The notes under the pieces are model-generated. The model did no database searches. It was given only the letters and a program-made list of their open reading frames with translations, and had not been told where the DNA came from. A DNA stretch of 64,000 nt from Candidatus Uhrbacteria bacterium (lineage in GTDB: Bacteria; Patescibacteriota; Patescibacteriia; UBA9934; GWF2-40-263): assembly GCA_043805995.1 (NCBI GenBank), contig JAZDHJ010000059.1, forward strand, positions 71 through 64,070, written 5' to 3'. Below, piece by piece: positions 54,611 through 64,000 of the stretch. Position 1 is the stretch's first letter; each line of letters begins with the position of its first letter. Made by a program: the position numbers and the translations under genes.

Positions 54611-55396
54611 ATGTTTAAAGGAATTTTTGGAGGAAATGAAAGCGGACAACATCAAGTACTGGTAGAGTCACATGAAAAACCGAGCGCGTCATCAGACGAA
54701 ACAAGGCGATTATTCGATGAAATGAGACAATTAGAAAAGCTAGGTCAGCCAACGGACATGACTGGAGCCGAACTAATAGGAAGAATTCGAATGGTTGTAG
54801 AAAAAGACCTTGAGGCAACAAAACGATCCAATCAAGACTATGTAGATCGCGGTAGCGTTTCCGAAGTTAATAACAACTCTATTTTAATGTTAGAAAATCG
54901 CTTAGCGGTTTTGGATGAAGTCGCGAAAGACACGGCGTTTGCTACAAAACAAATCAGAGTTCAACCGTCGGCTTTTACAGATTTAACTGGCCCTCTTTTT
55001 CGTAGCGGAGAGATGGAAATTAGACCTGATAATTATTTGAGTGAATTAATTCGTAAAACAAAAAGTCCAGAAGAAGAAAGAAAGGATTATGAAAATTCTT
55101 CATCTCACCGTATTAAGAAAGAGGTAAGTCGAGTAGTGACTGCTGCAGAAAGAATTTTGTATCCAGATCATGAGACTATGCCTGTCGAAATTTATGGCGT
55201 CTTAGGCCAAGCCGAAGAAATAGCGCTTGCTAGAATCATAAAAAAACTAAAACCAAAAGGCGGAGTTATACCTAACGAAAATCGTTTTCGGTATGATGAT
55301 TATGCTATAGAAAAAGACCAACAGGTTCTTGATGACAACGACATAAAAGACATTGCTTCGTTTATGCACGATGCCATGACCAGGGCCAAAATATAA
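54611..55396 (+). CDS. Hypothetical protein (261 aa)
   Basis: ATG-started ORF followed by a terminator; no motif recognised. Confidence 0.75.
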   Translation: MFKGIFGGNESGQHQVLVESHEKPSASSDETRRLFDEMRQLEKLGQPTDMTGAELIGRIRMVVEKDLEATKRSNQDYVDRGSVSEVNNNSILMLENRLAVLDEVAKDTAFATKQIRVQPSAFTDLTGPLFRSGEMEIRPDNYLSELIRKTKSPEEERKDYENSSSHRIKKEVSRVVTAAERILYPDHETMPVEIYGVLGQAEEIALARIIKKLKPKGGVIPNENRFRYDDYAIEKDQQVLDDNDIKDIASFMHDAMTRAKI

Positions 55397-55411
55397 TAAA
55401 TTACAATCCAT

Positions 55412-55443
55412 AAAAATTCGCCGGCTTCAACCGGCGAATTTTT
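55412..55443. terminator. Bidirectional terminator
   Basis: AAAAATTCGCCGG...CCGGCGAATTTTT between convergent genes. Confidence 0.75.
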
Positions 55444-56575
55444 ATTTTTCCTTTAAGACCAACAAAATTTTCTCGATAGTTTTTTTCCAAGTAAATTTTT
55501 CCGACCATTGTTTCCCTCTTTCAATGTAATCTTTTCTTGTCTCCAAGTCTGCCATCTCTTTCATTGCCAGGGCCAATTCTTCTGGATCTGTACCAGAGAC
55601 ATATCGGGCCGCCGAACCACAAGCTTCGGGTAGCGAGCCGACAGCGGTTGTAATAATCGGCGTGCCAATTTTCATAGCTTCGAGTGGTGGCAGGCCAAAA
55701 CCTTCGTACAGTGAAGGAAAAACCAAAGCTTCCGCGCCAGCCAGCAAAGCCAGTTTTTCCTCTTGAGAAACATAGCCGAGTTCGTTGATTATTTTCTTAC
55801 TCTGATTCACCCGCTTAATTTCCTCAACCGTCGCCTGCCACTTCCACCCCCGTTTTCCGACGATTACCAACCGAAACTCCACCCCACCCTCACACAGAAT
55901 TTTTGCGGCTTTAACCGCCATAAAAAAATTCTTTCGTGGCTCGATCGTGCCAAGGCACAAAAAATAACGACCAAGCAGATCAAATTTTTGGCGGAGCTCA
56001 TCGGTCAAAACTGGAATAATTTTTGGAATTGAAACCGCTGGATGAACGACGAAAATTTTTTCTTCTTTTATTTTGAAGTGACGAATCAGATCTTTTTTCG
56101 TCGCCTCAGAGATAGTGATAATTTTCTTGGCTCGAAAAAAACTGAGTGGTACGACAATTTTCGTCGAGAACCAACGAACGAAACCATTGTCAGGAAACCA
56201 CTCCGGGTGATCGTAAATTGCCAAATCATGAACTACAACAACCGCTCGACCAATAAAACCGAGTGGTAGTTGTCCGGCTGGCGCAAAAAATAAATCGCTT
56301 TTGTTTTTTAAAATTAGGTAAGAGAAAATGAAATGATTGAGAAAAAAAATACTTCGAAAACGAGGTACTAAAATAATCTTCACGTCTGATCGCAGGGATT
56401 GGAGTGCTTGAATTATTTCCAGTGAAACATCCGGTCGAAAAAACAAAACAATTTGCCAATCGGTTGGCGCAAATTCCAAAAAACCTCGCGTCACGCCATC
56501 GACGTAGTGTGGAATGCCGGCGTAAGAACCGCGCGCCGGCGAGAGAATTTCACGACAGTCGATAGCGAGGTACAT
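55442..56575 (-). CDS. GT4-family glycosyltransferase
   Basis: VVHDL, TISEATK.DL, GTIEPRKN, FPSLYEGFGLPPLEAM; start MYLAID. Confidence 0.93.
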   Translation of the reverse strand: MYLAIDCREILSPARGSYAGIPHYVDGVTRGFLEFAPTDWQIVLFFRPDVSLEIIQALQSLRSDVKIILVPRFRSIFFLNHFIFSYLILKNKSDLFFAPAGQLPLGFIGRAVVVVHDLAIYDHPEWFPDNGFVRWFSTKIVVPLSFFRAKKIITISEATKKDLIRHFKIKEEKIFVVHPAVSIPKIIPVLTDELRQKFDLLGRYFLCLGTIEPRKNFFMAVKAAKILCEGGVEFRLVIVGKRGWKWQATVEEIKRVNQSKKIINELGYVSQEEKLALLAGAEALVFPSLYEGFGLPPLEAMKIGTPIITTAVGSLPEACGSAARYVSGTDPEELALAMKEMADLETRKDYIERGKQWSEKFTWKKTIEKILLVLKEK

Positions 56576-56598
56576 ACAAATAAAAAAAGATAAAAAAA

Positions 56599-57363
56599 TT
56601 ATCTTTTTTTCGAAACAAAAATTTTCATCGGCCAATTTAAACAATACAATCCGCCGTGTTTTTCAATACCAAGAATTTCTTCGGCACCCTTTAAACATTC
56701 CTCCGGCGTGGTTTTGGTCATGGCGTGCAATTTATACAAAAAAATTCCGATATCTTTTTTGTTCTTAAATTTCCATTTCAAAGGCAAATTATAAAACTTT
56801 GGCTTTTCAAAACCAGCGTTAAAACAAAGCGTCTCGACATACTCTTTGCTCCAAAAAGCCACTTCATGCCCAGTGAGACAATATTTTGCCACCTTATCAT
56901 CAAAATGTTTGGCTAAACTTGATCCGGAAAATACATCGGCAATTACTATTCGACCGCCATTTTTCAGAATTCTGCCCATGTTTTCGAAAGATTTACTTTT
57001 TTGAAACATGTGGTGCATGGCGCCAAAAGACCAAATGGCCTCAACCTTATCTTTTTCCAAATTAACTGTCTCGGAACCGAACTGAACAAAATTAATCACG
57101 TCGATATTTTTCTTTCCGAGTTTTTTAATTTCTGCCAATTGATCGAGCGACGGATCAGAAACTATTAATCTTCCACTGGCTCCAAGTAAATCAGAAATAT
57201 GTTTGGAAAAAAATCCACTGCCGGCGCCGATTTCCAAAATCCTTTCGCCTGGCTTTGGCGCCAAATATTTTTTCATAACCAAAACATCCTCGTCTCTGGC
57301 TTGAGAGAATTCTTTCAAACACTCCTTATATAATTTTGCTCTGAGACCATTAAATTCTGCCAT
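56599..57363 (-). CDS. Class I SAM-dependent methyltransferase
   Basis: ILEIGAGSG, AMHH, ILKNGG.IVIAD; start MAEFN. Confidence 0.9.
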   Translation of the reverse strand: MAEFNGLRAKLYKECLKEFSQARDEDVLVMKKYLAPKPGERILEIGAGSGFFSKHISDLLGASGRLIVSDPSLDQLAEIKKLGKKNIDVINFVQFGSETVNLEKDKVEAIWSFGAMHHMFQKSKSFENMGRILKNGGRIVIADVFSGSSLAKHFDDKVAKYCLTGHEVAFWSKEYVETLCFNAGFEKPKFYNLPLKWKFKNKKDIGIFLYKLHAMTKTTPEECLKGAEEILGIEKHGGLYCLNWPMKIFVSKKR

Positions 57364-57379
57364 ATTTATTTTTAAATCC

Positions 57380-57856
57380 TTAAACCATCCACCCCAAAAA
57401 TCCCAAAGCACCCTGAACAATCAAAGTTACAATAATTCCCGCCACCACCACCCCGGCGATCACGGCTGGAAAAGAATATTTTGGTTGAATTTTTAAAATC
57501 GTCGCTAGGGCGGCACCGGTCCAAGCACCGGTCATTGGTAACGGAATGGCCACAAAAATTGCAAGCGCCAGGGCACCGTACTTGTCATAAGAATCCTGAA
57601 ACTTAGCGCGTTTTTTTTCGAGCGCAAGGGTCAGATGTTTATGCAACCAAGGAATTCTTTTTTCCAGCCAAACCATAACTTTTGGCAACAGATAAAAAAT
57701 TACCGGAATCGGTAAAGAATTTCCAATCACCGAATAAAAAAAGGCTGACCAAGGCGCCAAATGCAAAACCGAAACCCCAAAAGGAATCGAACCACGAAGC
57801 TCAGTCAAAGGTAAAGCCGCCGAAAGCAAAGTCCAAATTTCCGGAGAAATAATCAT
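57380..57856 (-). CDS. Small multi-drug export family (COG2426-like) membrane protein
   Basis: LPLTELRGSIP, FVAIPLPMTGAWTG. Confidence 0.9.
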   Translation of the reverse strand: MIISPEIWTLLSAALPLTELRGSIPFGVSVLHLAPWSAFFYSVIGNSLPIPVIFYLLPKVMVWLEKRIPWLHKHLTLALEKKRAKFQDSYDKYGALALAIFVAIPLPMTGAWTGAALATILKIQPKYSFPAVIAGVVVAGIIVTLIVQGALGFLGWMV

Positions 57857-57876
57857 ATCTTTTTAAAGTTAAACCA

Positions 57877-57932
57877 CCACTCCACCACTCCACCACTCCA
57901 CCACTCCACCACTCCACCACTCCATCACTCCA
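57877..57932. repeat. 8-bp tandem repeat, (CCACTCCA)6 plus one variant unit
   Basis: Read directly; it starts at the stop codon of the upstream peptidase gene. Confidence 0.9.
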
Positions 57933-58907
57933 TCACTTCCACTCAAACGTCTGATACGCCCAAACCGCCAAAGCCTTAACATCTTTTAAACGGCCTTGAA
58001 CCGAGTCAGAACCAAGAACCACGACAAAAATATCCTTACTGCCGTCTTTTTCCATTTGCACTCCAAGACAATAGCCGGCTTCTGGCAGATAACCGGTTTT
58101 GCCGCCGACGATTTTGTATGGATCTTGGTTAATAAAACCAGTTAAAAGTTCATTGGTGTTTTCCAGTTGATAAGAATTTCCGTCGGTGTCAGTAATGGTC
58201 GCTGTCGCTTGTTCGGTCGCAAAACGGATGTCGTCATTTTTTAAAGCCGTGCGGATAAGAGCCACCAAATCTGGAGCCGTTGAACGATTGTTTGGCGAGA
58301 GGCCGGTGGGATCAACAAAAGTTGTTGAGACCATACTAATCTCTGCGGCTTTTTCGTTCATTCTAGCCACAAAATCGCTTTCAGAAAAACCAGATAAACG
58401 AGCCAGGGCGGCGGTAGCTGAATTATCCGAAGAAACCAAACTAGCCAAGAGCAAATCTTTTATAGTCACCAATCGACCAGTCGGTACATGTTGTTTCCCG
58501 CCTTCACGAAGATCGCTTGATGCCAAAAAAGTTTGCGTGTTCAAATCAGGATTACCAGATAAAAAAACCAAAGCTGTCATTAGTTTAGTCATGCTACCAA
58601 TCGAGCGAGCTTCGTCGGTATTCTTTTCGAAAAGAATCGCTCCACTCGCCGCATCGGCCACCAAAGCCGTGGTGGCGGCCGTTACAACTCCCAAACTCTC
58701 GGGGCGAATTTTTTTTGGCACTCTGGCCACGTCGTTGGCTAATGGCAAAGCCGGGTACAAAGTTCTCATCACTTCTTCGATATTCACTCTGGAACTAAAA
58801 CCCGCTTGCGGCAATTTGGCATAAGACTCGATAACTCCGGCATCAACCGGAAAAACCTGCACCAAACTGGCGGCTAAAATTATTTCAATTAACGTTTTGT
58901 AAATCAT
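57933..58907 (-). CDS. Peptidase S11 D-alanyl-D-alanine carboxy/endopeptidase
   Basis: SMTK (SxxK), SDN, GKTG motifs and an N-terminal hydrophobic segment. Confidence 0.93.
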   Translation of the reverse strand: MIYKTLIEIILAASLVQVFPVDAGVIESYAKLPQAGFSSRVNIEEVMRTLYPALPLANDVARVPKKIRPESLGVVTAATTALVADAASGAILFEKNTDEARSIGSMTKLMTALVFLSGNPDLNTQTFLASSDLREGGKQHVPTGRLVTIKDLLLASLVSSDNSATAALARLSGFSESDFVARMNEKAAEISMVSTTFVDPTGLSPNNRSTAPDLVALIRTALKNDDIRFATEQATATITDTDGNSYQLENTNELLTGFINQDPYKIVGGKTGYLPEAGYCLGVQMEKDGSKDIFVVVLGSDSVQGRLKDVKALAVWAYQTFEWK

Positions 58908-59476
58908 ACAATCTGTTTTTCTTCCGGATTCACCAAACCACCGCTAAGTTCCTGAATCATTTGATCGATTTGGACATTGTTATGGAAACTTTCAAAATCA
59001 GGCAGTTCGGCAACGCCGTGAATACCCAAATGACGAAGCATTTCCAAAGAAACCGAATAAACCGGTTGGAGTTTTGTGATGTCATCTTTTTCTTCGATGA
59101 GTCCGCGCACCAAAAGATTCCTCAAAATCAAAGTACAGTTTACACCACGGATCTGCTCGATCTCCGGTTTAGTCATCGGTCCGCGATAAGCGATGATGGT
59201 CAAAGTCTCAAGCGAAGGCCTGGTCAGTTCCCCACCCATATCTTCCTTAGCAAAAGTTTTGACAGCCTCGGCTGCATTCGGATTAGTCGCGAGCTGCAAT
59301 TTTCCCTCTTGCTCAACAACTTGAATACCGGAACTTTCGACATTGCGAAGATTTTTAAGTTCATCAATGGCTTCACGCAAAGTTTCTTGATTGGTATTTA
59401 AAGCCTTAATCAAAACTTTCAAATCGAGCGGCTTGGCGGCGGCAAAAAGTATGGCCTCCAGAGTAGCAATAAGCAT
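58904..59476 (-). CDS. scpB: SMC-Scp complex subunit ScpB
   Basis: LEAILF, LETLTIIAY.GP.T..EIEQIRGV, L..LP. Confidence 0.95.
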   Translation of the reverse strand: MLIATLEAILFAAAKPLDLKVLIKALNTNQETLREAIDELKNLRNVESSGIQVVEQEGKLQLATNPNAAEAVKTFAKEDMGGELTRPSLETLTIIAYRGPMTKPEIEQIRGVNCTLILRNLLVRGLIEEKDDITKLQPVYSVSLEMLRHLGIHGVAELPDFESFHNNVQIDQMIQELSGGLVNPEEKQIV

Positions 59477-59479
59477 ATG

Positions 59480-60010
59480 TTAAAAATTTTCTTTATCGCC
59501 GATCAAACTTTTTTGACCAGTTATAACATCAAATTGATAATTAAATTCTTTCCCTGTTTTATCAAGTTCTTTATAAAAAACCCTTTGGCTGTCAGTCGAC
59601 CAATTAAAACCATCGAAAACTACTTCGCTTTCTTCGGTCGGAAAAATTGTTTGACCACTAGCTGATTCAATTCGAAAAATATTTATTCTTAAATTCATTC
59701 CTTTATCCCAAACTGGATAAGCGATCCATTTATTATTTGGCGAAATCGAAAACTCGGTTGGTTCGAAAGACTCATCATCCATATAAAAAACTTCGAAATC
59801 GGTTTTAATCTTCTCATTGTCAGGCAAAATTTTATAAAGTTCCCAGACATTTTTTTCATCATTGGCCAAAAAAATAAAATTTTGAGGTGAAACAATTTGT
59901 TGCGACTGGTTATTTTTTTCTTTTAAGACTAAACCGAGCCAGAAAATTAAAACCAAAACTGCTAAGGCTAGAAAAAATGGAATAATTTTGTTTTTTTGTT
60001 CTTTCAACAT
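59480..60010 (-). CDS. Single-TM protein with TolB-like beta-propeller fragments
   Basis: N-terminal TM, ISPNNKWIAY, WSTDS; start MLKEQ. Confidence 0.75.
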   Translation of the reverse strand: MLKEQKNKIIPFFLALAVLVLIFWLGLVLKEKNNQSQQIVSPQNFIFLANDEKNVWELYKILPDNEKIKTDFEVFYMDDESFEPTEFSISPNNKWIAYPVWDKGMNLRINIFRIESASGQTIFPTEESEVVFDGFNWSTDSQRVFYKELDKTGKEFNYQFDVITGQKSLIGDKENF

Positions 60011-60198
60011 ATTTTGGGAATGTCTAATTTCTCCCGCCGACGTTGGACTTTGGCGGGATCCCGCCAAAAGCCTCTGCCGGCGGGATAATGTCTAATGACA
60101 AATGATGGATTTTAATATTTAAATCTTGTTTTTCTTTATACCACCAAAAAATCAAGACAATCCTTTAATCAAGTGAATCAAGGTTCAGACAAATAATT

Positions 60199-60891
60199 TT
60201 ATTCAACCCGAATCAACTCGATATCTTCAAAATTTTTACTTTGTTGAACTCTAACAATTCGCTGTTTAACGAGTTCAAGTAAGGCCAAAAAACTCACCAC
60301 AATATCAGCTCGAGATTTGGCACCACTGATGACATCGGAAAAACTAAATTTCGCTCGTTCCAAAACCGCCCGCTGAATATCACGAATTTTTTCTTCGACC
60401 GTGGCCACACGTTCGAGTGAGGCTTGTCGTAAAGCAAAAAATGGTTCGAGTTTTTTTATCAAACTCTTAAAAGCTTCAGCTAGCAAACCACTGTTCAAAT
60501 TTTCTGGTGGCCGAAAACCTGGTTCAACCGGTAATGGCACATAAGGTCTGGTATAAAGAGCGACGCCGCTATTATATTTAACTTCCATTTCCCTGGCCAC
60601 TTCAATAAAAGCTCGGTAAAGACGTAACTGGGCGGCCAAAGTATTTGGATCTTCGGCCTCAAGAATCGGCGCCGGTAATATTGAATTTGATTTAATGAGC
60701 AAAAGTTTAGCCGCCACAATCAAAAAATCCGCCAATTCGTCGGCTGGTACATTAGAATTTTCTAGATACTTAAGATAATCGCCGGTGACCTGGGCGAGCG
60801 AAACCTCGGAAATTGGCAACTCGTCTTTTTCAATAAGACCGAGGAGTAATTCGAGAGGACCGGAGAATTTTTCGAGCGAGACTTGGTACAT
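60199..60891 (-). CDS. scpA: Segregation and condensation protein A
   Basis: FSGPLELLL.LI, FL..AA.LL.IKS, VVSFLALLEL.K. Confidence 0.95.
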   Translation of the reverse strand: MYQVSLEKFSGPLELLLGLIEKDELPISEVSLAQVTGDYLKYLENSNVPADELADFLIVAAKLLLIKSNSILPAPILEAEDPNTLAAQLRLYRAFIEVAREMEVKYNSGVALYTRPYVPLPVEPGFRPPENLNSGLLAEAFKSLIKKLEPFFALRQASLERVATVEEKIRDIQRAVLERAKFSFSDVISGAKSRADIVVSFLALLELVKQRIVRVQQSKNFEDIELIRVE

Positions 60892-60893
60892 TA

Positions 60894-62291
60894 TTATTTC
60901 AATTTAATATGCACATCAGACAAGGTTTTTTCTGGCAGTTCACTTGGTGCGCCCATCATCAAATCTCGGGCGTCACCGGTTTTTGGCATTGGTATAACTT
61001 CGCGAATATTCGGCTCATTGGCCAATATCATAATAATACGATCAATGCCCGGAGCGATACCACCATGTGGTGGCGCACCAAAAGAAAAAGCCTCCAACAT
61101 GTGACCAAATTGGGATTGAATTTGTTCTTCATTAAAACCCATGATTTCCAAAACCTTATGCAAAGCATCGGCGGAATGATTACGGATACTGCCACCACCG
61201 GCTTCATAGCCATTTAAAACGATATCGTATTGGGTAGTGAGAATATCACCGATGTTTTCTTGATTCATCAATTGTTCTCGATGTTCAGGAATAGCCGCCG
61301 AGAAAGGATTGTGAGTAAAGGTCCAGCCGCCTTCTTCGGTTTTTTCAAAAAACGGAAAATCAATCACCCAGCAAAAAGCCAAAAGATTTGGATCGTTTTT
61401 ATCCTCACGAAGATCAGGCTTATCGCAACCATATTTTTCCATTGATTCCTGGTAAGACAAACGAGGAAACGGCACTTGTTGAATTCGTTTTTCTGGCGTT
61501 ACAGTCTTAACCATCTCAATCATCATTTCTTCGATCAAGCTCATAACATCCTCACGCTCGACAAAAGACATTTCCAAATCAAGCTGAGTGAATTCAGGTT
61601 GACGATCGCCACGTTGATCTTCATCGCGGAAGCAACGAGCGACCTGAAAATATCTTTCCACTCCACCGACCATTAACAACTGTTTAAACTGCTGGGGTGA
61701 TTGCGGCAACACATACATTTGGCCAGCGTGAATACGTGAAGGCACCAAAAATTCGCGAGCGCCTTCTGGAGTGCCTTTAGTTAAAATTGGTGTTTCAACC
61801 TCAATAAAATCTCTTTGATGCAAAAAACCGCGAAAAAAAGTTTCAACTTTATCACGCAAGATTAAATTTTTATGCAGGCGTTCGCTGCGCAAATCGAGAT
61901 ATCGATATTTCAAACGAAGTTCCTCGTTAACACCGATGGTATCTTTATCGATTTCGAACGGTGGTGTTTTGCAGGTGTTTAAAACTTTAAAAGATTTGGC
62001 AGCTACCTCAACCGTACCGGTTGGCATGTCTGGGTTGAGTTGCTTTTCTCCACGTTTTTGCACCACACCCTCAATTTCCAAAACATATTCCCCACCGACC
62101 TCATCAACAGCTTTTAACGAAACCTCGTCGAGATCTGGTTTATAACAAACAACTTGAACAATACCACTACGATCTCGCAAGTCGATAAAAACGAGTTTCT
62201 CACCCATGCGACGAATGCAATGAGCCCAACCATTAAGTTTTACCGTTTCCCCCACTTTATTTATTGTTTGGCTATTCCAGGTTCTGGTCAT
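60894..62291 (-). CDS. aspS: Aspartate--tRNA ligase, bacterial type lacking the GAD insertion
   Basis: FIDLRD, TPEGAREFLVP, LPQSPQ.FKQLLM, RQPEFTQLD, GAPPHGG. Confidence 0.95.
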   Translation of the reverse strand: MTRTWNSQTINKVGETVKLNGWAHCIRRMGEKLVFIDLRDRSGIVQVVCYKPDLDEVSLKAVDEVGGEYVLEIEGVVQKRGEKQLNPDMPTGTVEVAAKSFKVLNTCKTPPFEIDKDTIGVNEELRLKYRYLDLRSERLHKNLILRDKVETFFRGFLHQRDFIEVETPILTKGTPEGAREFLVPSRIHAGQMYVLPQSPQQFKQLLMVGGVERYFQVARCFRDEDQRGDRQPEFTQLDLEMSFVEREDVMSLIEEMMIEMVKTVTPEKRIQQVPFPRLSYQESMEKYGCDKPDLREDKNDPNLLAFCWVIDFPFFEKTEEGGWTFTHNPFSAAIPEHREQLMNQENIGDILTTQYDIVLNGYEAGGGSIRNHSADALHKVLEIMGFNEEQIQSQFGHMLEAFSFGAPPHGGIAPGIDRIIMILANEPNIREVIPMPKTGDARDLMMGAPSELPEKTLSDVHIKLK

Positions 62292-62318
62292 AAATTTTTA
62301 TTTAAAATTTAGCTAACT

Positions 62319-63527
62319 TTAGTCAATTTTTATCGTTCCTAAATATTTGTAAAATTGGGTAGAAAAATCTGGGTTAATGTTTTGATTGTCAGTCACGACT
62401 GTGTTTTCCTCAGTTTTTAGATTGTGTAAAATCAATTTTCCGTCTTGATCAATAACTAAAGTATCATCAAACCAATCCAAAGGAAAAGAAAAGGCGTCAC
62501 AAATTTCTGGCTTGGTCAAATTTTTTTCAACTTTGGTCTGCCAAAAACAATCTTGGTCATCAATCAAACCGACTGTCTTACCATCAGGCGACCAAATTGC
62601 ATTAGAAATTTCTCCTAAACTGCCTCGCTATAGTTCCTTGGTCTCACCACTTGGCAAATCAACCCCATTAACAATAGTTAAGTTGTCCGTTCGTTTATTA
62701 ATAAGATAAGTAATCTTTTCATTATCACCATCATACCAAGTGACCCAGTCTGATTCTTCAGCGTCGGTTTTAAGTCGAGAAATTTCTTGCCATTCATTAG
62801 TGGCCAAAGAAACTTTCCAAAAAATATCATCGTTTATAGCCTCGATTGTTCGACCCCAAACATAAATATCGTTTCCATTGTCGGAAATAAACCAAACGCC
62901 AGCTTCGGCCATTTCATAACCAATATTAGACCATCTAATCTCCGTAGTTCCAATCAAATCATCGTTTTTATTAAAGGCTTTTATAGCCAAACCATCACGA
63001 GCAACTGGCATTTCCCCAGAACCAAAATTTAAACCCTGGCCGGTAACAAAAAATTCACCATTATTGGAACTAATCTTATAAACTTCTGTTTGTTTTTCTT
63101 GACCATCTAAACTCAAATCTTTCCAAGTCTCGCCGTTGAAAAAAGAAATATAATATCCATTCTTATAAAGTACCGGCTGTTCGTTCTCAAAAGTTTTTAG
63201 AATTTCTTTTTCACCGCTTTCGATTCGATATCGATAAATAGTTTTATCGTTGGTTGTTGTCCAACCATTGGCTTCACTATCCCAAACATCTTCGCTTTGC
63301 GAAACACTAAAAACAATATAAGTTCCAGGTTGTAAAACAACTTCACGATAATAAAAGGGCAAATAAGGTTCTGCTTCGTACCCAAGGTTAAAATCCGGCC
63401 AACCACCGCACCAAGCCAAACCGCTCGATTGTGTAGACGCACTCCAACGACAAACTGAAAAATTCGCCACCGTTAAAACAGCTCCTAATAAACCAATGAC
63501 AAATAAAGCCGTCCGTAATTTATCCAT
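62319..63527 (-). pseudogene. Membrane-anchored beta-propeller-like protein interrupted by one in-frame TAG (62628-62630)
   Basis: The two ORFs share a frame: ...ETKEL*RGSLGEISNAIWSPDGKTVGLIDDQ... Confidence 0.75.
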
Positions 63528-63540
63528 AAAAAAATTCTTT

Positions 63541-63579
63541 CCCCTCCCACCCTGGGGGAGGGGTTAGGGGTGGGGGGGC
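63541..63579. repeat. CCCCTCCC..GGGAGGGG hairpin element after asnS
   Basis: CCCCTCCCACCCTGGGGGAGGGGTTAGGGGTGGGGG. Confidence 0.55.
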
Positions 63580-64000
63580 CTAAGGCGTCGACCGATTCAA
63601 CGTTCTCGGAAAAGGAATCGTTTCGCGAACGTGATGAACTCCGGTCACCCAACGAACAATTCGCTCTAATCCAGGACCGAAGCCACTGTGTGGTACACTG
63701 CCGTACTTTCGAGTGTTAAGATACCATTCATACTGCTCGAGCGGATAATTTCGATTAACAATTTCTTTTTTTAATTTTTCATAATCTTCTTCACGCTGGC
63801 TACCACCAATAATTTCCCGGCCTTCTTCCGGAGCAATAAGGTCGGCACAAACCGCTCGATAAACTCCGGCCTCGTCGGTGTAATGCTTCATGTAAAAAGC
63901 TTTGACGACGGCTGGGTAATCTTCGATAAAAACTGGCAGTTGATATTTGTTGCCAAGATAAATTTCTTCTTCGGTTGACATGTCGTCGAGTGGATCGACA
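63580..64000 (-). CDS. asnS: Asparagine--tRNA ligase, C-terminal part (5' end outside the window)
   Basis: YP..VKAFYM, EIIGGSQRE, WYL..R.YGSVPHSGFG.GLER. Confidence 0.92.
   Translation of the reverse strand, partial: VDPLDDMSTEEEIYLGNKYQLPVFIEDYPAVVKAFYMKHYTDEAGVYRAVCADLIAPEEGREIIGGSQREEDYEKLKKEIVNRNYPLEQYEWYLNTRKYGSVPHSGFGPGLERIVRWVTGVHHVRETIPFPRTLNRSTP

Noticed and set aside
62628-62630. Genome-wide stop-codon reassignment
   Set aside because: TAG ends ftsZ, der and rel, and TGA ends dgkA and scpB, at their expected C-termini.

Overview
Chromosomal window from a Patescibacteria (CPR) bacterium, probably of the Uhrbacteria/ABY1 type; this is inferred from gene content, VirB2/TrbC-like pilins, short Rel and AspRS, and SD-poor starts. 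Genetic code 11 fits. Housekeeping genes: ppsA, pyk, htrA, ftsZ, ftsA, dgkA, ybeY, yqeY, rpsU, hisS, lepB, LCP, der, pth, dprA, topA, rel, parAB, scpAB, aspS, asnS and five tRNAs. Two things stand out. (1) A ~16 kb co-oriented surface-appendage cluster: three proteins start with a VirB2/TrbC-like pilin, including a 3502-aa Ig/IPT/Cys-rich/vWA adhesin that appears to carry an internal type-IV-pilin-like head, followed by three membrane-anchored proteins with Ca-binding DxDxDG repeats. (2) A dense set of nested intergenic palindromic elements. The main one is a 31-37 bp hairpin with several filled/empty site pairs inside this window and no target-site duplication. Members of this family start at tRNA CCA ends, interrupt duplicated tRNA 5' ends, nest inside each other, and lie next to a stand-alone GIY-YIG nuclease gene. 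In addition, ftsZ is bracketed by two inverted, covarying ~123-bp palindromes, and one membrane protein gene is split by a single in-frame TAG. All calls come from reading the sequence; no searches were run.
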